Assembly (NCBI GenBank): GCA_039715015.1
Contig: JBDLIE010000056.1
Coordinates: forward strand, 1 to 16,926
Reading direction: 5' to 3'
From: Thermodesulfobacteriota bacterium
GTDB lineage: Bacteria; Desulfobacterota; Desulfobulbia; Desulfobulbales; SURF-16
DNA length: 16,926 nt
Shown here in pieces: positions 11,876 through 16,926 of the stretch (its first letter is position 1; each line of letters begins with the position of its first letter). Made by a program: the position numbers and the translations under genes. The notes below the pieces were generated by a model that did not search any database, was not told the origin of the DNA, and saw only the letters and a program-made list of their open reading frames with translations.

Positions 11876-12119
11876 GCAGATTTCGGGGCCAGCATGGCTA
11901 GCCAAAGTGGTGCCATCTGTGATGGGGAGCAGGGTTTAAAGTAAAGTTTCGGGACGCTGCCCCAAACATACTGTCTGGCAGCAACATTGATCCACCTGCT
12001 GTTTCAAGCAAAAACAATCCCCACTTAAAGAGTTAAAAAAGGTTAGAAAACAGCATGTATCCCGCACAAAATAAGGAAAATACCGGGGCGGTATACAGGC
12101 TTATGCTTATCAAGTAAGC

Positions 12120-12167
12120 AAAAACGCATGTAACGCTGCAGGCATTTTGCGCCTGACAGCGTTACAT
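12120..12167 (-). terminator. Strong hairpin downstream of rplL (terminator or RNase III/processing stem)
   Basis: ATGTAACGCTG-CAGGC / GCCTG-a-CAGCGTTACAT (12128-12167): 16 bp with one bulge, followed on the minus strand by GCGTTTTT. Confidence 0.6.
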
Positions 12168-12240
12168 AAAGTCCTGAGAACACTCGGGACAAAATCGCTA
12201 TGCCGCCAATAAAATCAGCGGCACCATAGCTATGCGAAAA

Positions 12241-12630
12241 CTACTTAATTTCCACAGCACCACCAGCTGCTTCGATCTTGCCTTTGATCTCCTCAGCCTC
12301 TTCTTTGGATACGCCTTCCTTGATAGGGGCAGGTGCACCTTCAACGAGAGCCTTGGCTTCTTTCAGGCCAAGGGCTGTGACACCGCGAACTTCTTTAATA
12401 ACGCCGATCTTCTTGTCACCAGCAGAGGTGAGAACTACGTCGAACTCGGTCTTATCAGCAGCAGCTTCGCCACCAGCGTCGCCACCAGCAGCACCGCCAG
12501 CAGCAGCTACCGCTACAGGAGCAGCAGCAGTAACACCAAATTTTTCTTCAATAGCACTTACGAGCTCGGAAAGCTCAAGTACGGTCATGCCAGCAATTGC
12601 ATCTAAAATTTCATCAGTTGAAAGAGCCAT
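12241..12630 (-). CDS. rplL: 50S ribosomal protein L7/L12
   Basis: [25 protein letters not shown], Ala/Gly hinge, [29 protein letters not shown]. Confidence 0.99.
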   Translation of the reverse strand: MALSTDEILDAIAGMTVLELSELVSAIEEKFGVTAAAPVAVAAAGGAAGGDAGGEAAADKTEFDVVLTSAGDKKIGVIKEVRGVTALGLKEAKALVEGAPAPIKEGVSKEEAEEIKGKIEAAGGAVEIK

Positions 12631-12652
12631 TATATATTCCTCTCATTAAAAA

Positions 12653-13171
12653 TTATTGTTCTTTTTGATCTTTAACAGCGCTCAAGGCGTAAACAAGGTT
12701 ACTTGGAATTGCATTAAGTGTACGTACCAGTTTTGTAGGTACGGCATTCAATCCAGCAGCAAGTTTAGCCAGGAGTACCTCTTTGCTCGGCAGTTTAGAG
12801 AGAGCCTCTAAATCAGATACGCTGAGACTTTTACCATCCAGACAACCCATTCTGATCTCAAGCTCAGGATGATCCTTTGCAAAAGTAGTCAGAATTTTAG
12901 CCGGTGCTACCGGGTCCTCAAAGGACATGGTAACAGCGGTGGTTCCCGTCAGGGAGTCACGCATCGATTCAAAGGAGGTCCCATCTATTGCTCTACGCAT
13001 TAGAGTGTTTTTTGCGACCTGTATTTCCGCATTTGATTTCTTCAACTCACGGCGAAGCTCTTCAAATGAGGAGACGGTCAGTCCTCGATAGTCAGTGACA
13101 ATGGCGATTTTGGCTTTTTCAAGCTTGCCGCTCAGGTCTTCGACTATGGAGACTTTACCTTGACGATTCAA
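12653..13171 (-). CDS. rplJ: 50S ribosomal protein L10, 172 aa
   Basis: DYRGLTV, VAKNTLMRRA, LSKLPSKEVLL. Start moved from 13177 to TTG at 13171 (MNRQGK) because GGAGG is 8 nt from that codon but only 2 nt from the upstream TTG. Confidence 0.97.
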   Translation of the reverse strand: MNRQGKVSIVEDLSGKLEKAKIAIVTDYRGLTVSSFEELRRELKKSNAEIQVAKNTLMRRAIDGTSFESMRDSLTGTTAVTMSFEDPVAPAKILTTFAKDHPELEIRMGCLDGKSLSVSDLEALSKLPSKEVLLAKLAAGLNAVPTKLVRTLNAIPSNLVYALSAVKDQKEQ

Positions 13172-13274
13172 TGTCAAATCCTCCTAAATATGAAACGAGT
13201 TGAAGCAGTTGGGTCGATGAAAGGAGATAAGAAAGATAACTGTGAAACCTAGGTGGATCACATCACCATCTTTT

Positions 13275-13337
13275 GTCTCGGCGGGCATCGTGAAAAAAAC
13301 GATTTTAAACGCCTGGGGCGCACCAGCTGTCTTCGAC
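13275..13337 (-). promoter_or_regulatory. L10 leader (rplJ-rplL autoregulatory RNA)
   Basis: Minus strand GTCGAAGACAGCTGGTG...TTTAA...GCCCGCCGAGAC matches the AGACAGxxGG...UUAA...CCxxCCGAG pattern of the L10 leader family, in the expected rplA-rplJ position. Confidence 0.85.
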
Positions 13338-13375
13338 TATGCAACTACTTGCATGGTGTTGAAATAGGCTTATGC

Positions 13376-14077
13376 CTACTTCGCTAATGTCCTCAATTCC
13401 GCAGTGTCCAGCTTGTAACCTGGACCCATAGTTGTCGAAATTGTGGCACCTTTCAGATAAATTCCCTTTGATGAAGAGGGTTTAATCTGAATAATTTTTT
13501 CAATAAAGGCGACGATATTCTCTTTGAGTTTTTGCTGCTCAAAGGAGACCTTACCAAGCATGGCATGGACAATACCAGCCTTATCAACGCGAAAGTCAAT
13601 CTTACCGGACTTGACCTCGCCGACAACACGGGCAACATCAAAGGTAACCGTGCCGAGTTTGGCGTTAGGCATCAGGCTGCGAGGTCCAAGAATACGACCA
13701 ATCTTACCAACCACACCCATCATATCAGGGGTAGCGATACATTTTTCGAATTCGAGCCAACCGCCCTGGATCTTGTCAACAAACTCATCACCACCGGCAT
13801 AATCAGCACCGGCATCAAGAGCTTCCTGAACTTTCTCGCCCTTGGCAAAGACAAGGACACGCTCGCTCTTGCCAGTACCATTCGGCAGTACCAAGGTGGA
13901 GCGTACCATCTGGTCGGCATGCCGAGGATCAACACCTAATTTCAGAGCAATATCAATAGACTCATCAAACTTAGCGTATTTACCCTTCAGAACCTGTTCC
14001 AAGGCCTCTTCGAGGGGGTAGAGATTATGAATATCCCTGCCTTCACTGCTTTTTATATAATTCTTTCCATGAGACAT
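13376..14077 (-). CDS. rplA: 50S ribosomal protein L1
   Basis: [56 protein letters not shown]. Confidence 0.99.
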   Translation of the reverse strand: MSHGKNYIKSSEGRDIHNLYPLEEALEQVLKGKYAKFDESIDIALKLGVDPRHADQMVRSTLVLPNGTGKSERVLVFAKGEKVQEALDAGADYAGGDEFVDKIQGGWLEFEKCIATPDMMGVVGKIGRILGPRSLMPNAKLGTVTFDVARVVGEVKSGKIDFRVDKAGIVHAMLGKVSFEQQKLKENIVAFIEKIIQIKPSSSKGIYLKGATISTTMGPGYKLDTAELRTLAK

Positions 14078-14091
14078 TATATCACTCCAGA

Positions 14092-14517
14092 TCAGTCAAC
14101 CACTGTAATGCCAGCACTTCTAGCTGAGCCTTCAATGATCTTCATTGCCGCTTCAATGTCATAAGCATTGAGGTCAGGCATTTTAATTTCTGCAATTTCT
14201 TTAATTTGTTCCCGTGTCACTTGAGCAACACGCTCTTTCTTGGGGTTACCAGATCCCTTAGCAATACCAAGCTTCTTGAAAAGCAGGGTTGATGCCGGAG
14301 GAGTCTTGGTAACAAAAGAGAAAGACTTATCCTTGTAGACGGTAATGACCGCAGGAATGATCAAGTCACCTTGATCCTGAGTCTGGGCATTAAAAGCCTT
14401 ACAGAACTCCATGATATTCAGACCATGCTGACCAAGGGCAGGACCCACTGGCGGAGAGGGATTAGCCTTTCCAGCCTGAATTTGTAATTTTATATAACCG
14501 GTAATTTGCTTAGCCAT
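14092..14517 (-). CDS. rplK: 50S ribosomal protein L11, 141 aa
   Basis: [35 protein letters not shown]. Start set at ATG 14517 (MAKQITG) with SD AGGAG at 14525-14529, not the track's 14535. Confidence 0.98.
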   Translation of the reverse strand: MAKQITGYIKLQIQAGKANPSPPVGPALGQHGLNIMEFCKAFNAQTQDQGDLIIPAVITVYKDKSFSFVTKTPPASTLLFKKLGIAKGSGNPKKERVAQVTREQIKEIAEIKMPDLNAYDIEAAMKIIEGSARSAGITVVD

Positions 14518-14845
14518 AATTGATCTCCTGATCAAACAATGTTTTTAAGTCCATATTCGCCGAAAAACAGCAGAAGGTTAGTTGAAGGAGCAGTTCAACA
14601 GCAGGACCAAAAACTCTTCCCAGTAACGGGGTTTAAATGGATTAATAAATGTACAATTCGCACCATTTAATATGCGTGAAGCAGCATTCTTTATAGGCGC
14701 CTTATCTCCGGCGCGCGGCCTGAGCCGATAATTTTCTATCCGTTGTCGGCCCCATACATACTCAAAATGATGCCGGCCTTGCAGTGTATCCCCGACTTAG
14801 ACAACATCGAACAAGTCGTGGAGCCTGAAAACTCTTAGAAAGCCA

Positions 14846-15376
14846 TTAACCTTTGGCAATCTGGATGAATTCCAATTCAACCGGTGTTTCACGGCCAAAG
14901 ATGGAAACCATTACCTTCACCCTTCCCTTATCTGGGTGAACCTCTTCAACTACGCCCTGGAAATTAGCAAAGGGACCATCGATAACGCGGATAGCGTCCC
15001 CTTCCTCATACATAACCTTGGGTTTTGGCTTCAGGGCACCATCTTTAATCCTGCTGATAATCTTCATGGCCTCTTCATCAGAGACCGGTTCAGGATGCAG
15101 ATCGTTACCAACAAAACCGGTAACCTTAGGGGTACCGCGCACGGTATGCCAGGTTTCGTCGTTAAGATCTACATTGAGCAGGATATAGCCTGGGAAAAAT
15201 TTCCTTGTGGAGGTCTTCTTCGCCCCCTGAATCATCTCGACAACCTGCTCAGTAGGCACCAAAATTTCGCCGAACATCTCCTCCTGACCGGCTTTTTTGA
15301 TCCGTTCGAGCATAGTAGTTTTCACCTTTTCTTCAAATCCAGAATAGGTGTGGAGGATATACCAAGCACGTGCCAT
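14846..15376 (-). CDS. nusG: Transcription termination/antitermination factor NusG
   Basis: WYILHTYSGFE, KFFPGYIL, TPKVTGFVG, KOW domain GPFANFQG...IFGRETPVELEF. Confidence 0.99.
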   Translation of the reverse strand: MARAWYILHTYSGFEEKVKTTMLERIKKAGQEEMFGEILVPTEQVVEMIQGAKKTSTRKFFPGYILLNVDLNDETWHTVRGTPKVTGFVGNDLHPEPVSDEEAMKIISRIKDGALKPKPKVMYEEGDAIRVIDGPFANFQGVVEEVHPDKGRVKVMVSIFGRETPVELEFIQIAKG

Positions 15377-15453
15377 TATGTGATCCTATTTCTTTGCGCC
15401 AAGGTCTTTGCCAATGACGCTTGAAGTCCATCAAGCCTTTGTAACCGACTGTT

Positions 15454-15723
15454 CTACTTGAGGATGAGATTAATCAGCTTGCCCAACACCATATCCACAG
15501 CACCAAGATAAAAAGAAATCAAAAAGACAAGAACTATAACCACGCCCGTGGTGCGGATGGTGGTATTCTTCGGCGGCCAGGCAATTTTGCTAAACTCTTT
15601 CTTTACATCAGCGGTGAAATCGCTGATCTTTGAGGCGGAGAATTTCTTGCCGTCCGAAGTGGAATCGGGCTGTACTGCCTTAGGATTTTTCGCCATTTTG
15701 TCTTTATTTTTTTTGGAAGCCAT
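15454..15723 (-). CDS. secE: Preprotein translocase subunit SecE (single-TM type)
   Basis: Conserved EFSKIAWP motif followed by one hydrophobic segment (GVVIVLVFLISFYLGAVD); lies between tRNA-Trp and nusG. Start uncertain (15723 or 15696); no clear SD at either. Confidence 0.93.
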   Translation of the reverse strand: MASKKNKDKMAKNPKAVQPDSTSDGKKFSASKISDFTADVKKEFSKIAWPPKNTTIRTTGVVIVLVFLISFYLGAVDMVLGKLINLILK

Positions 15724-15835
15724 AATTTTTCATGATGGAGGCGTCAAACACCTGCACATCATCCAAACAAATTGTATTTTCTACATCCAATGCAGACATT
15801 TCTGATAATTGGCCGATAGGTTACCAATGCACCTT

Positions 15836-15876
15836 AAAAAAAGAGAACTTCGCCCCTAAAAACGGAGAGCGAAGTT
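15836..15876 (-). terminator. Intrinsic terminator downstream of tRNA-Trp
   Basis: Minus strand AACTTCGCTCT...GGGGCGAAGTT (11 bp including 2 G-U) followed by CTCTTTTTTT. Confidence 0.75.
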
Positions 15877-15885
15877 TATAAAATA

Positions 15886-15962
15886 TGGCAGGCCAGGAGG
15901 GATTCGAACCCCCAGCCCTCGGATTTGGAGTCCGATGCTCTACCAATTAGAGCTACTGGCCT
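15886..15962 (-). tRNA. trpT: tRNA-Trp (anticodon CCA), 77 nt, 3'-CCA encoded
   Basis: AGGCCAG/CTGGCCT acceptor stem, D-arm GCTC-taattggta-GAGC, anticodon arm TCGGA-ctCCAaa-TCCGA, T-loop GTTCGAATC, GCCA end; canonical position before secE. Confidence 0.98.
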
Positions 15963-15967
15963 GTACC

Positions 15968-16117
15968 TTATTTGGTCTCTTTATGAACAGTGTGGGTCTT
16001 ACAAAAACGACAATACTTCTTAAATTCCAACTTGTTCGGTGTGGATCTTTTATTTTTTGTGGTGCTGTAATTACGGCGCTTGCAATCAGTACAGCCCAAA
16101 TGAATGATTTCTCTCAT
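15968..16117 (-). CDS. rpmG: 50S ribosomal protein L33, zinc-binding (C+) form, 49 aa
   Basis: Too short for the ORF track. Manual translation: [49 protein letters not shown]; two CxxC pairs; AAGGA upstream. Confidence 0.98.
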   Translation of the reverse strand: MREIIHLGCTDCKRRNYSTTKNKRSTPNKLEFKKYCRFCKTHTVHKETK

Positions 16118-16159
16118 ACCTTAATCCTTATTATCAACCGGAACATATTAGGAAATTTT

Positions 16160-16215
16160 AAAAAAGTAAGGAGCTAGAAGCGACAGACAGCTTTTACTGT
16201 CCCACCACTAACTCC
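16160..16215 (-). terminator. Hairpin plus T-tract downstream of tuf
   Basis: Minus strand GGAGTTAG...GACAG-taaaag-CTGTC...CTAGCTCC followed by TTACTTTTTT. Confidence 0.65.
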
Positions 16216-16242
16216 AATCCAAGAAGTAGTTCCCTGGTCGTC

Positions 16243-16926
16243 TTACTCAATAATCTTATTAACAACGCCGGCGCCTACTGTACGGCCACCCTCACGGATG
16301 GCAAAGCGCAGACCTTCTTCCATGGCGATGGGGGTGATCAGCTCTGCCTCTACGGTGACATTATCACCAGGCATTACCATCTCTACGCCCTCAGGAAGAT
16401 TAATTACACCGGTTACATCGGTGGTCCTGAAATAAAACTGAGGACGATAGCCGTTAAAGAAAGGAGTATGACGTCCACCCTCTTCCTTACTCAGGATATA
16501 GCACTCGGCCTTAAACTTAAGATGCGGGGTAATGGAGCCCTTGGCTGCAAGGACCTGACCGCGCTCAATATCTTCACGTTTGGTACCACGGAGCAGTACA
16601 CCAACGTTGTCGCCGGCCTGACCTTCGTCAAGCATCTTGCGAAACATCTCAACACCGGTAACCGTGGTCATCTCGGTATCTTTAATACCAACGATCTCGA
16701 TCTCATCACCAACCTTGACGATACCGCGCTCAATACGACCGGTGGCCACAGTACCACGACCGGAGATAGAGAAAACATCCTCGACAGGCATCAAGAAGCT
16801 CTTATCGATATCGCGCTTAGGCTCAGGGATAAAGGTGTCACACGCTTCCATCAGGTCCCAGATACACTTGGTAGCTCCTTCGTCGGTGGGATTTTCCAGG
16901 GCCTTCAATGCAGAACCGGGGATGAT
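16243..16926 (-). CDS. tuf: Elongation factor Tu, C-terminal part (5' end outside the window)
   Basis: Frame is open to the window edge ([11 protein letters not shown]...); [59 protein letters not shown]. Confidence 0.99.
   Translation of the reverse strand: MIPGSALKALENPTDEGATKCIWDLMEACDTFIPEPKRDIDKSFLMPVEDVFSISGRGTVATGRIERGIVKVGDEIEIVGIKDTEMTTVTGVEMFRKMLDEGQAGDNVGVLLRGTKREDIERGQVLAAKGSITPHLKFKAECYILSKEEGGRHTPFFNGYRPQFYFRTTDVTGVINLPEGVEMVMPGDNVTVEAELITPIAMEEGLRFAIREGGRTVGAGVVNKIIE

Noticed and set aside
12455..12535. GCA/GCC-rich low-complexity repeat
   Set aside because: Encodes the Ala/Gly hinge of L7/L12; not an independent repeat or CRISPR.
14580..14810. Short ~20-codon ORFs in the nusG-rplK spacer (e.g. 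MLSKSGIHC..., MVRIVHLL...)
   Set aside because: No SD, no motif, and lengths expected by chance.
15935..16177. 80-aa plus-strand ORF
   Set aside because: Antisense to rpmG and tRNA-Trp, which explain the region.

Overview
Core housekeeping region of a bacterium; sequence style and gene order suggest a Desulfobacterota (former Deltaproteobacteria) member, which is inference only. All genes lie on the minus strand. In transcription order: tuf (3' part) - rpmG - tRNA-Trp(CCA) - secE - nusG - rplK - rplA - [L10 leader] - rplJ - rplL - rpoB - rpoC - rpsL - rpsG - fusA - second tuf (5' end only). No mobile elements, CRISPR or accessory genes are visible, and I see no clearly new protein-coding system. 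The points worth a second look are: (i) an EF-G with an intact GTPase domain but an altered domain IV, separated from rpsG by a terminator and given its own promoter; (ii) long, structured nusG-rplK and rplL-rpoB spacers, the latter with a small His/Trp-rich ORF ahead of a terminator-like hairpin; (iii) two tuf copies bracketing the cluster; (iv) an L10 tail predicting a six-copy L12 stalk.
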